Source of the DNA: a virus
Taxonomy: Duplodnaviria; Caudoviricetes
Virus record (IMG/VR): IMGVR_UViG_3300016476_001378
Reading direction: 5' to 3' (one strand)
DNA length: 64,000 nt
The notes under the pieces are model-generated. The model saw only the letters and a list, made by a program, of their open reading frames with translations, did not search any database and was not told where the DNA came from. Made by a program: the position numbers and the translations under genes. Positions 36,430 to 47,000 of the stretch are shown here, one piece after another; the stretch's first letter is position 1, and the number at the start of each line of letters is the position of its first letter.

Positions 36430-37344
36430 TTAAATATTGTTACAATCTTTTGGAATTCCGAAACCAATGTTTCCTTCTTTCCCAGTAACAACTTTACCCT
36501 TTGGGTCACACAATCTATCTAATTCTCTATACATATCTTGTAAAGTTTTTAATTCTGGAAGTGAAGAATCATTTCTATGCTTTGCCAAGATCAACGCACA
36601 TAAGCCAGCTACAAAAGGTGAAGCTTGGCTGGTGCCTCTTAAGATTGCATACTGATTGTTTAAATATGTGCTGTAAATGTTATCGCCAGGAGCAATAACA
36701 CTAATTTGGGGCCCTAAAGAAGAGAAGTTCGTAAGATTGCCATTCTGATCTATCGCACCAACTGCAATAACCTCTGGGTATCTAGCTGGCCAGTTTACAG
36801 CACCTGAATCATTACCCGCTGCGGCAACAATAAAAATGCCTTGATTTGCAGCATCAATAATTGCCTGATGGAAAGACTGGGGTGGCTCAATTGGCGAACC
36901 AAGGCTCATGTTGATAATGTCAACACCCTCTGCCATAGCGGCTCGAATGCCTTGCTCAATATTTGAGTATCCACCATGTCCGCCATTGTCAAGAACTTTA
37001 ATAGCAACAAGCTTTGACTCTGGAGCTACACCCAAGATTCCAAAATCATTATCACAAGCAGCAACAATGCCTGCTACATGAGTGCCATGTCCTTGAAGGT
37101 CATTCGCATCGCCATCGCCCGAGCAGTCGATAGCCTTGATAAGGTTAGGATTGACATCATTATGATTTGGGGCCCCAGTGTCTAAAATAGCAACTGTAAT
37201 CCCGGCACCTTTTGTTACTTTATGAGCTGCAGGGATATTTGCTTGCATCAAACCCCAGTCAGTGCTTTGTGAAAGCTGTGTAAAAGGCTTGAAGATTGGA
37301 ATCAAATCATCTTCAGGTAAAAATTTAATATTCTCTTCTGACAT
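36430..37344 (-). CDS. Subtilisin-like S8 protease (intracellular type)
   Basis: 'ILDTG', 'HGTHVAG', 'AAAGN', 'GTSQASP'. No signal peptide; N-terminal 'LIPIF'. Confidence 0.93.
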   Translation of the reverse strand: MSEENIKFLPEDDLIPIFKPFTQLSQSTDWGLMQANIPAAHKVTKGAGITVAILDTGAPNHNDVNPNLIKAIDCSGDGDANDLQGHGTHVAGIVAACDNDFGILGVAPESKLVAIKVLDNGGHGGYSNIEQGIRAAMAEGVDIINMSLGSPIEPPQSFHQAIIDAANQGIFIVAAAGNDSGAVNWPARYPEVIAVGAIDQNGNLTNFSSLGPQISVIAPGDNIYSTYLNNQYAILRGTSQASPFVAGLCALILAKHRNDSSLPELKTLQDMYRELDRLCDPKGKVVTGKEGNIGFGIPKDCNNI

Positions 37345-37358
37345 TTTCTTTTCTCCTA

Positions 37359-37616
37359 CTATTGCAATTGAGTCTGCACATCATAACTAAAACTAACATG
37401 AACTTGCGGGTAGCGCTTAAGCAAAATTGTGTAAACATCTCCTGGCTTGTTGAATTCATAGCCAATAATTGTTTGAATATCGCCAGAAGATTGATACTCT
37501 GCTATAAGCTTTGTAACGATATCACCTTGATTTTGATAAGCAACATTAACTATTAGGCCTTTTGCCCAATAGTGGCCCCCAAAATACTTATTGGTAAAAT
37601 ATCTAGATGGAAACAT
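37359..37616 (-). CDS. Small putative virion accessory protein
   Basis: Aromatic-rich N-terminus; tightly spaced within the structural operon. Confidence 0.55.
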   Translation of the reverse strand: MFPSRYFTNKYFGGHYWAKGLIVNVAYQNQGDIVTKLIAEYQSSGDIQTIIGYEFNKPGDVYTILLKRYPQVHVSFSYDVQTQLQ

Positions 37617-37617
37617 A

Positions 37618-38220
37618 TTATGTTAAGTCCCTAGTGACAGCAGTTCTATTTCCATAAGAGTCTACTGTTGCAACAATTCTGTTCTTGGAATCATTAATGT
37701 CTCTGATAGTAATTGTATTTGTTGCAGCGCCAGAAACCTTGCCAGCAGAAGCTGCGACAATAAGCTTAAGTGCTTCTCTTAAGGTCAAATCTGTTTCGAT
37801 GCTATCTGCAAGATCCAAAAGTGCATTGGCTGCATTATCTGCGCCTGTAGCATCCAATTGGACACCACCTGTTGAAGAAACCGATGTCAAGTAAGAAACT
37901 GTAAGCATTCTACTCACTGGAACATGATTATCTGCAGCTGACTTTGCATACTCTAAACAAACTTCTCCATTTGTCCAAGGAGATGCAGACAAGGTAATTG
38001 TCCAATGTCCATCAGCCTGATGAGTCATGGCATTTGCTGTTTCGCTTGCTTGCCAAGTGCCGTCAGAATTTCTCCACCACTTGCCAGCATTTGCACCCGA
38101 AATGTTCTTTAAATACCAGTTAACTGTACCACTAGTTAAGCCAGAGCCACTAGTCTTGTCGATGATCGTAAAAGCTCTTGGCAGAGTACTACCAGCGCCC
38201 TGTGTTCTAAATTCACTCAT
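37618..38220 (-). CDS. Putative tail/fibre-associated protein
   Basis: S/T/A/G-rich; C-terminal 'RIVATVDSYGNRTAV'. Confidence 0.6.
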   Translation of the reverse strand: MSEFRTQGAGSTLPRAFTIIDKTSGSGLTSGTVNWYLKNISGANAGKWWRNSDGTWQASETANAMTHQADGHWTITLSASPWTNGEVCLEYAKSAADNHVPVSRMLTVSYLTSVSSTGGVQLDATGADNAANALLDLADSIETDLTLREALKLIVAASAGKVSGAATNTITIRDINDSKNRIVATVDSYGNRTAVTRDLT

Positions 38221-39074
38221 AATGCAACTCCGTATGCGTTTTGTAGCATTGTGTAATAAAGCCAGGGAGAAGCAAGAGGGAAAGCTTTGCCCAAGCTAAA
38301 TCTATTCAATGTTGTAGGATAATCAGATCGGCCCTCGTTGTAAATTCTCTGAGGATAATTGGTGCCAAGGGCTATGTTATAAATACTTACATCATCTATG
38401 TAGCCTTGCAAGTATTGATGGGTTGAAGCGTTTGTGACCATTTCGCCAAGCAAGACACTTTGAGAGCCGCTACTTATGTCTAAAACTATTGCAGAAGTAC
38501 CACTGGCTACTAATTTCCCGTTTACATAAAGATAAGCGTTGATGCCTTGTCTCACAGCAACAAAATGATACCAAGTATTTGCCGCAATGGTTGAGTTGGA
38601 TGATGAAAACTCACTGCCAATTGCTGCACTTTGTTGTATTTTAAAAATTATGGCCCCGCTTGTATTAATATCTATACTAAAACCTTTGCTAGAAGCTGAT
38701 TCGTATCTAGAAATAACAGTCTGTCTTCCGTTTGAATTAGTATTATTCAAAGTTTCTAAATTAAACCAACCAGAAATACTAAAATTATTAGTGCTAAATT
38801 GAAAAATTGAAGAGTCTGCAATTGAAACATAATCGCCATTTCCGCTCAATCTTACATTACCAAATCCACCTGGCCTGCTGCTTGACACCCATCCATAAGA
38901 GCCTGAAGGTATGCTTGTCAATGTACCGTTGTTCAGTTCAAAAAGATCATAAAAATATTTACCACCTGAAGTATTTGGCAAACTTAACCACCAGGCGATT
39001 TTATTTTGATTTAAAACCGCCTGAGTGTTCACAACATTATCATACTGCAATAAAAGTGGTGAAATATAATACAT
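38217..39074 (-). CDS. LamG/concanavalin A-like domain virion protein
   Basis: 'FSISGWF', 'WYHFVAV', 'LYVNG', 'GYIDDVSIYN'. Confidence 0.88.
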   Translation of the reverse strand: MYYISPLLLQYDNVVNTQAVLNQNKIAWWLSLPNTSGGKYFYDLFELNNGTLTSIPSGSYGWVSSSRPGGFGNVRLSGNGDYVSIADSSIFQFSTNNFSISGWFNLETLNNTNSNGRQTVISRYESASSKGFSIDINTSGAIIFKIQQSAAIGSEFSSSNSTIAANTWYHFVAVRQGINAYLYVNGKLVASGTSAIVLDISSGSQSVLLGEMVTNASTHQYLQGYIDDVSIYNIALGTNYPQRIYNEGRSDYPTTLNRFSLGKAFPLASPWLYYTMLQNAYGVAL

Positions 39075-39077
39075 TAT

Positions 39078-39515
39078 TTACACGCTTTGCAAGGTTAGAG
39101 GTCTGATTTTTAAAGTATGCCCAGAAGATGTAAAAGCTTGGCCTGTGCCATCATTTCTGACAAGTGGTTTGAAAGTTCCAGGAGGCAAAACACAAGTTTT
39201 AATAATTCTTTGTGCCAAACTTGTCGACCTAACAGGTAAAACTATATCGGGGTTCCTTGGCGGGGTGATTGCAGAACCGCCATCTTCATAATTTGAACCA
39301 TCTACTTCACGCAAAAACCAAATGCTTACACTGGTGTTTGCTGTAGGAGCTGACGCAAAAGTTACATACAATTCAACTTCTGCCAAAGCATATTGAGCGG
39401 TTGTCAAAGAAACAGCAGAGCCCTTGACGACATTGGAGTTATTAGCCAAAGAATTTAACTCAGTAGACATTACAGTGTCTATAGTACCCCTTGACCATTG
39501 TTGTGTTGTTGCCAT
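39078..39515 (-). CDS. Small beta-sandwich virion protein
   Basis: Composition and operon context. Confidence 0.55.
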   Translation of the reverse strand: MATTQQWSRGTIDTVMSTELNSLANNSNVVKGSAVSLTTAQYALAEVELYVTFASAPTANTSVSIWFLREVDGSNYEDGGSAITPPRNPDIVLPVRSTSLAQRIIKTCVLPPGTFKPLVRNDGTGQAFTSSGHTLKIRPLTLQSV

Positions 39516-39982
39516 TATACGTTACCCTCATTCAAAGAATCGCTAACTTCATCAACTTTCACAAGAGAACCAAATAATTTCTCTGATCTTGTTCCCTGTC
39601 TCAACGTAATTAAGTCTTTGTCCTGTTGAGTCAACACAGAGTCGTCCATCATTTGGTCCAAGAGTGTAATGAAATTTGGATCTTCTGTATTAATTGTATC
39701 TGAATTAGCAACCAATCTATCAAAAACAGAAAGCCAAAATGTTGCTTGAGCATCACTAAGGTGTGTCATCTGCATAATTCTAAACACAATAGCAGAAGTA
39801 ATATCTAAAAATGAATCTTTACTGATTCTGCCACGAGAAATTACATGTTCGGAATCTTGTCTGATCTCATTGAGTATAGAAGCGATAGCAACATCATTTC
39901 TGATCGCTAAAAATTGAGAATAGCCTAAATTAATAGGATCGTTCTCAATTTCTTGTTTTAATAAATTTAAATTGATAGCCAT
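39515..39982 (-). CDS. Hypothetical helical protein (possible fibre assembly chaperone)
   Basis: Acidic helical protein, TAATG-coupled to the next gene. Confidence 0.5.
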   Translation of the reverse strand: MAINLNLLKQEIENDPINLGYSQFLAIRNDVAIASILNEIRQDSEHVISRGRISKDSFLDITSAIVFRIMQMTHLSDAQATFWLSVFDRLVANSDTINTEDPNFITLLDQMMDDSVLTQQDKDLITLRQGTRSEKLFGSLVKVDEVSDSLNEGNV

Positions 39983-39989
39983 TTTTATT

Positions 39990-40739
39990 TTATCCTAAAT
40001 CTACTGCACTAACAGTTAATTGTGCCTGATAAACACCAGTTGGGTCTGTTGAGCTTACTACTTGTCTTACCCAGAATCTAAAGAATCCTGTTACTTCTGA
40101 CAATGTTATGCTAGAGCTACCAGAATTGCTACCAGCCAAATAAAGCTCGGATCTGCCAGCTATAGGTGTCAAGTAATAATTTATGCCTGTTGCATTAGTT
40201 GCCAAAGAAATAGAAGCCACAGTTATAGACTGTCCGCTTGTAATTGTAATACTTGTAGTTGGGCTTACTAGTGTTTCACCATTCGCATTGGTAAAAGAAT
40301 AAGCAACTTTGTATGTACCAGCTGCAAGATTGGAAGCAGTGGAACTAGATGACAAAGATGGGCCCGTTGAAGGATTTGTGATGTCCACGCTTGTATTAAC
40401 TGTTGGCTCAGATTGGCTGGGAGCTAATTCTCCAGAATAAACAAGGACATTATTTCCCAATGTGCCGTATGCCCCAGGAGTGCCATAGGAATCAGGAGCT
40501 ATTTGCATGTTGCTTACAAAGTCAGAGCCGTGAACTCCAGTGCCAGCTGTTGGCTGAATGTAAACATCCAACATGGTAGTAGTACCAGTGTTCAAGCCAT
40601 AGCCAGCCACCCCAGAAGAAGTAACTGTACCACTAACTGGAACAGTTGTGGTTGGTAAAATGATTGACTGAACCCAAGAACTATTTGATAAATCCTGTGT
40701 CAATGCAGAGTTCTTGTAAAGCGTTATGATTCCTGACAT
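39990..40739 (-). CDS. Virion structural protein
   Basis: S/T-rich; shares the 'AAGTYKVAYSFTN..GET' module with the upstream gene. Confidence 0.7.
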   Translation of the reverse strand: MSGIITLYKNSALTQDLSNSSWVQSIILPTTTVPVSGTVTSSGVAGYGLNTGTTTMLDVYIQPTAGTGVHGSDFVSNMQIAPDSYGTPGAYGTLGNNVLVYSGELAPSQSEPTVNTSVDITNPSTGPSLSSSSTASNLAAGTYKVAYSFTNANGETLVSPTTSITITSGQSITVASISLATNATGINYYLTPIAGRSELYLAGSNSGSSSITLSEVTGFFRFWVRQVVSSTDPTGVYQAQLTVSAVDLG

Positions 40740-40772
40740 TTATGACCACCTGTAATAAGATCTTATTTTAAC

Positions 40773-40800
40773 TATTTATATAATTGAAATCAAGATTCCT
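40773..40800 (-). promoter_or_regulatory. Putative late promoter AGG-N19-TAAATA
   Basis: Recurring motif containing TATAAATA. A 14-bp palindrome AATAAGATCTTATT (40754-40767) lies just downstream. Confidence 0.55.
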
Positions 40801-43800
40801 ATGTCATTAAGATGGTTGAACTCCAAACTGGAACCCCATAACGCACTCCATTATAAGGTGTTGCCTTAAAAATGTAAACTTCATTTTTCTTTGTTGAATT
40901 TGCAGGTACTGTTTTGCCAACAAACTTCACAACATTTGGATTGTCTTGCAAATACCATTCAATAAGAGTTTCATCTGGTGTGTTGTCAACATTGCCAGGA
41001 TTTCTATAAGTGTATCTGGCTGTCAATTCATCCTTGATAGATGCAGAAGCCAATCCAGTTATTGAGTCTACAGACAAGCTTGGAGAAGAAATAAATACAG
41101 CTTCAGACATCTCTGACAGAGTCGTATTAATCCCGCCGCTATTGCTTTGAGATAGATAAACAATACTGCTTCCAGGCACTAAAGAAACATAATAATTGAC
41201 ACCTGTCGCATTTGTTGTCAATGCTATAGGAGAAACAACAATTGACTGACCTGCAGTAATTACTATAGTTGCCAAATTACTTATTACTGTTTCGCCGCTG
41301 TTATTGGTGAAAGAATAAGCAACTTTGTATGTGCCAGCTGCAAAATTGCTCGTAGTACTGCTAGAAGCAGATACAGTTGGTGCTGTTGCAGGAGGCGCAA
41401 TAACAGGGCTTGAGGTATTGGTTGTCACCGGCTTCTTTAATGATAAAATATAAGGGGGCTCATCATTATCAAGAGTTACCACTTGCGATGCAACTTTTGA
41501 GCCTATTTTATATCCATCAGAAGGTATGACTTCTACAAAAATTTTGTCAGCATTTCCAAAAACAGAGCCTGTACCAACGTCAGACTTCTTTTCTGTGACC
41601 CTGTTGTTGTAATCAGTTAAAAGAATATAAGTTTGTCCATTGTATGTTTGTGTTGCTTGGCCAACAGTACTCTGCCCAGATCTGTATCTCCACCATTTAA
41701 TTTGGGTACCATTTTCACTGGCCCCTTCATTTGAATTAAATGTGTATCCTACAGTCAGCCTCTCATAAATTGTTGGGTTAATAACTGAACCAACAGAATC
41801 TAAATGTATTGGCAACAATTTAACATCAGTGGCGTAAGGAGCTGTTGTATTTTCATATTCTCCTATAAGCTGTGGGTTATCCAAAACACTATAGAACAAT
41901 GTAAAATTTTTAATGTCTAAAGGTATTGCATTACCAAAAGAGTCTACCGTTGGATCAAAATTTCTAATTTCAACACCAACTTTATAAACTCCAGAATGTT
42001 CTACAAATACAGATACTGTATCAGTTAATTCTCTTTCTTTGTGGAATGTTATCGTTCCGTCATCTGGACTTGACCAATAACCACCTCTAAAGATTTCCTG
42101 GTTTATCAAAACAACAATAGAAGCGTCGTGTGGCCATCTCCCGTTAGACAAATAATAAGTTTTATAATCTAACGTGGATGTTGTTTCACCCCTTGTGGCA
42201 TAAAGACCAGGTGGTGTTGTAATGGTTACTCTAATTGTTGTTCCAGATTGACTTGTTGAAAAAGTTATAAGGCCCAAATTATTATTATAAATATAGGCCG
42301 TTGGAGGTACAACCACTTCCAAGCCAGACCCTATCTGTTGGTAAACTTTTACCACATCAGTAGTAGCCCAAGTTTTTATTGTGGCATAAGTAGTGTCGGT
42401 GTAAACATAATATTGCTTACCTTCTGAATCTGTTCTTGTTGGCAATCTGTCAACAACCACTTCCTTAGTAAACAAAACGCCCTGTTGCCTATTTGGCAAT
42501 GCACTTTTACGGGTTGTGTGTACTGGTGAAAAATCAGCAAAATCTGTAGATTCTCCTCGACAAATACCCCATGTTGCCCTCGCTGTCTCTGGCAAAAATT
42601 GAGTGGCCGTAAGAAGAGTTTCAAACATCATACCATTAATTGGCTGCGAAGGAGTAAACAAATATTGAATTGATGGGCTTACGACAGTGTGGGTCAAAGA
42701 TGTAATAAATGGCTTATCTGGTGCAGAACCAGTCCATCCATCTTTTAGCGTTATCTTATATTCTAATACCAAAATTTCTTCTTTAATAATAAATGGAACT
42801 GCTGTTTCAATAGTTACCCAAGGCGTGAAATTTAATCTGTCAAAAGACCATCTGGCTTGAACAATACAAGTTTTGCCATTAATACTTGGGGTTGAAGGAG
42901 AATAAACTGCATCAATTTGACTGATCCATGTTGGGTCATCATAATCAAATGTCTTACTCCAAGTTGCAGCAAATAAAGAATTAGTACCATTGTGCAAAAG
43001 TGAAGTCTTGGCATCATCCCAGTCATTGCCAGATGCAATGTGAAAATGTCTACCAAAACTTTCAGAAGACATAGTTCTTAAATAAGTTTCTTTGTGCGAA
43101 GAGCCTATGCCAAAAGTAAATACAGGGGCCCCTGTATCATTCCAAGCGCCCTGCGCCGCCTGAACAGATTGACCCACAGAATCAGGGCTTGAATTGTCTC
43201 CATCTGCTATTATCATAGCCATTGGAGTAAATGAGTTAGCCCATCTGCTAACAACGAATTCGGAAACATCGTTATAAAAACAGATAGTGTCAGCTGTTTG
43301 ATTGCCGCCACTCACATCTCCCCATGTACTTCTGGTTACTGGGGGTAAAGATTCCCAATAAGCTATAATGTCGTTAAGTCTCAAGCATCCTATTTCTTGC
43401 AAATACAAGACCAATTCATTTACTCTTGTAGCATTATTTAAATCATCATTCGGTTTGATAAATGCATCTAAAACACTCTGGTAATTTAAGCCATTGATGA
43501 CAAGCGGGGCGGTTCCTAAAAGAGTTGATGTAAGTCCTCTTTGGAAGAGCGATGTTGAAAACGTGCTAATGTCTGTGGCAGAATTTGTGTATCCAGAAGA
43601 TCTATTGATTTCTGCAGAACTGTAAATCCAAAAATCTAAATAAGAAACAGAATATGGGGACGAGGCACCAGGCAATGTCACCGTTGCTGTTCTATCAAAA
43701 ATATCACTTATGAATGTTGGCAAAGTATCTTTTAAAGAATAGGATAAAGTCGAAGGGTCGCTCCAAGACATAGACACAGTATCATCAACTAGCATTGCAA

Positions 43801-44005
43801 CTAAAAATTTTGCATCTGTAGTCATTTGGCCGCTGTCATCAACAATGGCACCACGATAAGTGCCAGAAGCAAAATCTGCATCTACTTCTACATAGGTGGG
43901 TGTAACAGGCGTGTCAAAATAGGCCTTAAAGAAGAAATCCTCGGACGAACTGGCTGTCCAGCTGCTTCCTGAGTATCTTATTAATTTTCCGTCTGAATAT
44001 GGCAT
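40799..44005 (-). CDS. Large virion protein with a vWA-like domain
   Basis: MIDAS-like 'VDDTVSMS', 'IIADG', 'VFTFGIG'; shared tail modules. Confidence 0.7.
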   Translation of the reverse strand: MPYSDGKLIRYSGSSWTASSSEDFFFKAYFDTPVTPTYVEVDADFASGTYRGAIVDDSGQMTTDAKFLVAMLVDDTVSMSWSDPSTLSYSLKDTLPTFISDIFDRTATVTLPGASSPYSVSYLDFWIYSSAEINRSSGYTNSATDISTFSTSLFQRGLTSTLLGTAPLVINGLNYQSVLDAFIKPNDDLNNATRVNELVLYLQEIGCLRLNDIIAYWESLPPVTRSTWGDVSGGNQTADTICFYNDVSEFVVSRWANSFTPMAMIIADGDNSSPDSVGQSVQAAQGAWNDTGAPVFTFGIGSSHKETYLRTMSSESFGRHFHIASGNDWDDAKTSLLHNGTNSLFAATWSKTFDYDDPTWISQIDAVYSPSTPSINGKTCIVQARWSFDRLNFTPWVTIETAVPFIIKEEILVLEYKITLKDGWTGSAPDKPFITSLTHTVVSPSIQYLFTPSQPINGMMFETLLTATQFLPETARATWGICRGESTDFADFSPVHTTRKSALPNRQQGVLFTKEVVVDRLPTRTDSEGKQYYVYTDTTYATIKTWATTDVVKVYQQIGSGLEVVVPPTAYIYNNNLGLITFSTSQSGTTIRVTITTPPGLYATRGETTSTLDYKTYYLSNGRWPHDASIVVLINQEIFRGGYWSSPDDGTITFHKERELTDTVSVFVEHSGVYKVGVEIRNFDPTVDSFGNAIPLDIKNFTLFYSVLDNPQLIGEYENTTAPYATDVKLLPIHLDSVGSVINPTIYERLTVGYTFNSNEGASENGTQIKWWRYRSGQSTVGQATQTYNGQTYILLTDYNNRVTEKKSDVGTGSVFGNADKIFVEVIPSDGYKIGSKVASQVVTLDNDEPPYILSLKKPVTTNTSSPVIAPPATAPTVSASSSTTSNFAAGTYKVAYSFTNNSGETVISNLATIVITAGQSIVVSPIALTTNATGVNYYVSLVPGSSIVYLSQSNSGGINTTLSEMSEAVFISSPSLSVDSITGLASASIKDELTARYTYRNPGNVDNTPDETLIEWYLQDNPNVVKFVGKTVPANSTKKNEVYIFKATPYNGVRYGVPVWSSTILMT

Positions 44006-44019
44006 TAAAATTCACCTGT

Positions 44020-47000
44020 TTATAAATTGGATTTAAACCACTTAATAATGTTAGTTGGAGATGGCCCCGTAATTGGATTTTCACTGCTATCAAGTTCTCT
44101 TGCAACTAACGCGTATGTAGTTGTGGTTGTAAGACCAGTAACATTAATTATAAATGATTTAAAGCCAGGATATTCTATTTCTGAAGCAATTAATTTTTCA
44201 GGAAGAGTGTATTGAATAGAATTATTATAAACCCTAAAATCCCCAATCCTTGCTATTCTTGTTGGAGGCGTGTCAAGATTAGTATCAACACTGTCCTTGA
44301 GAGCTATTCTCCAATATTGATGGCTTGCTAAATTTGCAGATGTGTTGATAGACGGAGGAGAAGCCGCTCCACCAGCTGGTCCTACACCCTTATCAAGATA
44401 GACGGTGGTGGCAGAATTTCCAAGATAAACTTCAGAACCACCAACTCTTCCATAGATGTTATAAGAAATAGCTCCAGCAACTGCTGACCATTGAATAATG
44501 TTATAGTTTGAAACATCCAAGGTAGAATTTAAACCTGACCTTGACACTGTTGCCGCAGTAGTTTCGCCCAAATAACTCACAGCTGTAATCTTGTAAGAAT
44601 AGGAGCCAAGTCCATCGATGGTGCCAATACCATTAAGGGTTACATTTGCTGGTAAGTCTAATGGAGCATCAAATAACTTCCAAGTGACATCTTCCCATTT
44701 TCCAGCACCACCATGGATCGGAGCAATAAATTCATGAACTAGAGTCCAATCTGTTCCATTGTCTGAGTACTCAAAAATAAATGTAGGATTCTGTGTGTAA
44801 TAAACCTGAGCAGTCATTTGGTTTACATTTTTGCTTGATGTTAAATTGTAAATGGCTGTGATGCCAGCGTATGCAAGTGGGTCACCAATTAATGTATTAG
44901 TTGACTCTTCATAAGTTTTCTTGTCATTTAAGTAATTATCAGTTAAATTTTTTGTAGCCGAGCCAGAATTATTTCTATAATCGGGGCCCCAAATCAATGT
45001 ATTAGTTGATAAATTATTAATTGTCAAAGGTGAAGATAAGTTTGGCAAATATTCTCCACCTGATAAAACAGTATTATAAATACCCACTGTCAAAACATTA
45101 TCGAGTGATGGATCTGTTGGATCAACATCGTCTCTTCCAAGGTATAAAGACACCTTATTTAAAGTACTTGATTTTGGCTTAAATGTTTGTGCCAAATAAC
45201 CATTGGTAAAATATTCACCAGAGTCTATGCTGCTTCTAAAGCTAACGCATGGGTCACCTTCATCAGGTAATTCATTTGTTTTGTACCAAGAGTCACCTTC
45301 GTCATTTGAATACCAAAGGCCTTGATCCGTAGCGACAAGCAAGCAATCACCGCCCAAAGATTTGATATCATGTATTGCTAAATCTTGACCGTTGATTCTT
45401 TCGCATCTTTCAAATGTTCTAGCATCATCGAAACTGCGATAGACACCCTTGTCCGTTCCTACAAAAATCTTGTAAATGAACTTGTCTTCTCCAATAAGCT
45501 CACTGGCAGTTGCATAACATGTACATGAAAGCCCTTCAAGGTTATGGTTTGCAACTACAAAATCTCCCGAAGAAGCATCATTTGGATCACACCAGCGCCA
45601 ATTTATAACAGTAAACACTCCATTCGAAGATAAAATTATAATTGGTACAGGCGGCTGGTTGTTCTTAGTGGGCTTGGGGCTATTAAAGACCTTATAGTAT
45701 TTAACACTTACCTGTTTTGTGCCGCCATCAGGAAGATTTACAGTTACTAAGTTTGGATTGGCCCCAAACATTTCTCTACCAGAAAGCAATGAAGAATAGT
45801 CACTGCTACGAGCACCATCACAAACTCCATAGAGTCCGTTGTTGGTGCACAGGAACAAAACATCTACTAGTGTTTGTTTTTGTCCACCTTGGCCGTCGTC
45901 GACCAAACGATAGAATTTATTTTTATAAAGACCATAAACATTCTTTTCATCAACTGCATCAAAGTGGTCTGAAATAAATGAACCATCTGACTTTTGTCGA
46001 ACAAAAGACAAACCGTCATTTTTACCATAGGCTATAAACGTATAATTTGTGCCCCAAGCACCTGTAGCATGATCAAATATTGCTTGTGGGAATGTTGCGT
46101 TTAAAGACCAAGATAAATCATCTTGCTGTTCAAATAATCCAATATCTGTCCCAGCCATGAGCGAAGAACTACCATCTTGTGGCTTGATAAAATACACCTT
46201 GCCAGCATTATTTAAAGCTGTTTCTTTTTTCCACAAGCCAGCAGATGATGAGTAAATCCAAATACCCTTGTCTGTTCCGATTCTTAAGTTATCACCAGAA
46301 TACGATGGGTTATAGATGTAATAAAAAGATCTTGGTGGAGCAGCAGAGTTTGTTTCTGAAGGAACCAAACCTACATAATATGAGGATGAAGAACCTCTTA
46401 CATCTGGCGGTGTTGTTGAAAAATCATAGAATAATGAATTAACGGGGCCCCTTTTTGCAAATTCAGCATAAACAGGAACTGGCTCAGAGAAAAAGTTCGT
46501 AAAGAGCTTAGGAAAAATCAAATTATCACTTAGGTCTTTTGCAGACATAGCGGCCAAACTCAATTGAGACAAGTTTGCTCCAGCTACAGAATTAAAATGA
46601 TAATATTGATTTGCCTGTGCAAGTGTAATTTGGTCTTCTATTCCTGGAACAGAACCAGCGGCGACAGCATAAACTTCTGTATTTGTTGCTGGTAGAGTCA
46701 AAGATGTTGAAGGTCTTGTACTTAATAAGAAGATTTCCCTAATGCCTGTTTTTGAATTTACAGAAACCTTAACAGGTGTGCGCTCATAAACCGCACCTGC
46801 TGTCCAGACCAAGTCTAATAGAGTGGTATTTAAAGGAATAGAATTTGGCTCTGACACAAAAATCTGAGTATTGCTTGGTGCTGCAGAAATTAAATCTGAT
46901 GCAAGTTTAGTGAGCAAAGCACCTCTTACAAGAGAGTTAGGCTGTTCTGCATGTGGAGTCACACCTGTATTTTTTATGTACTTATTTAATTTAATTATTG

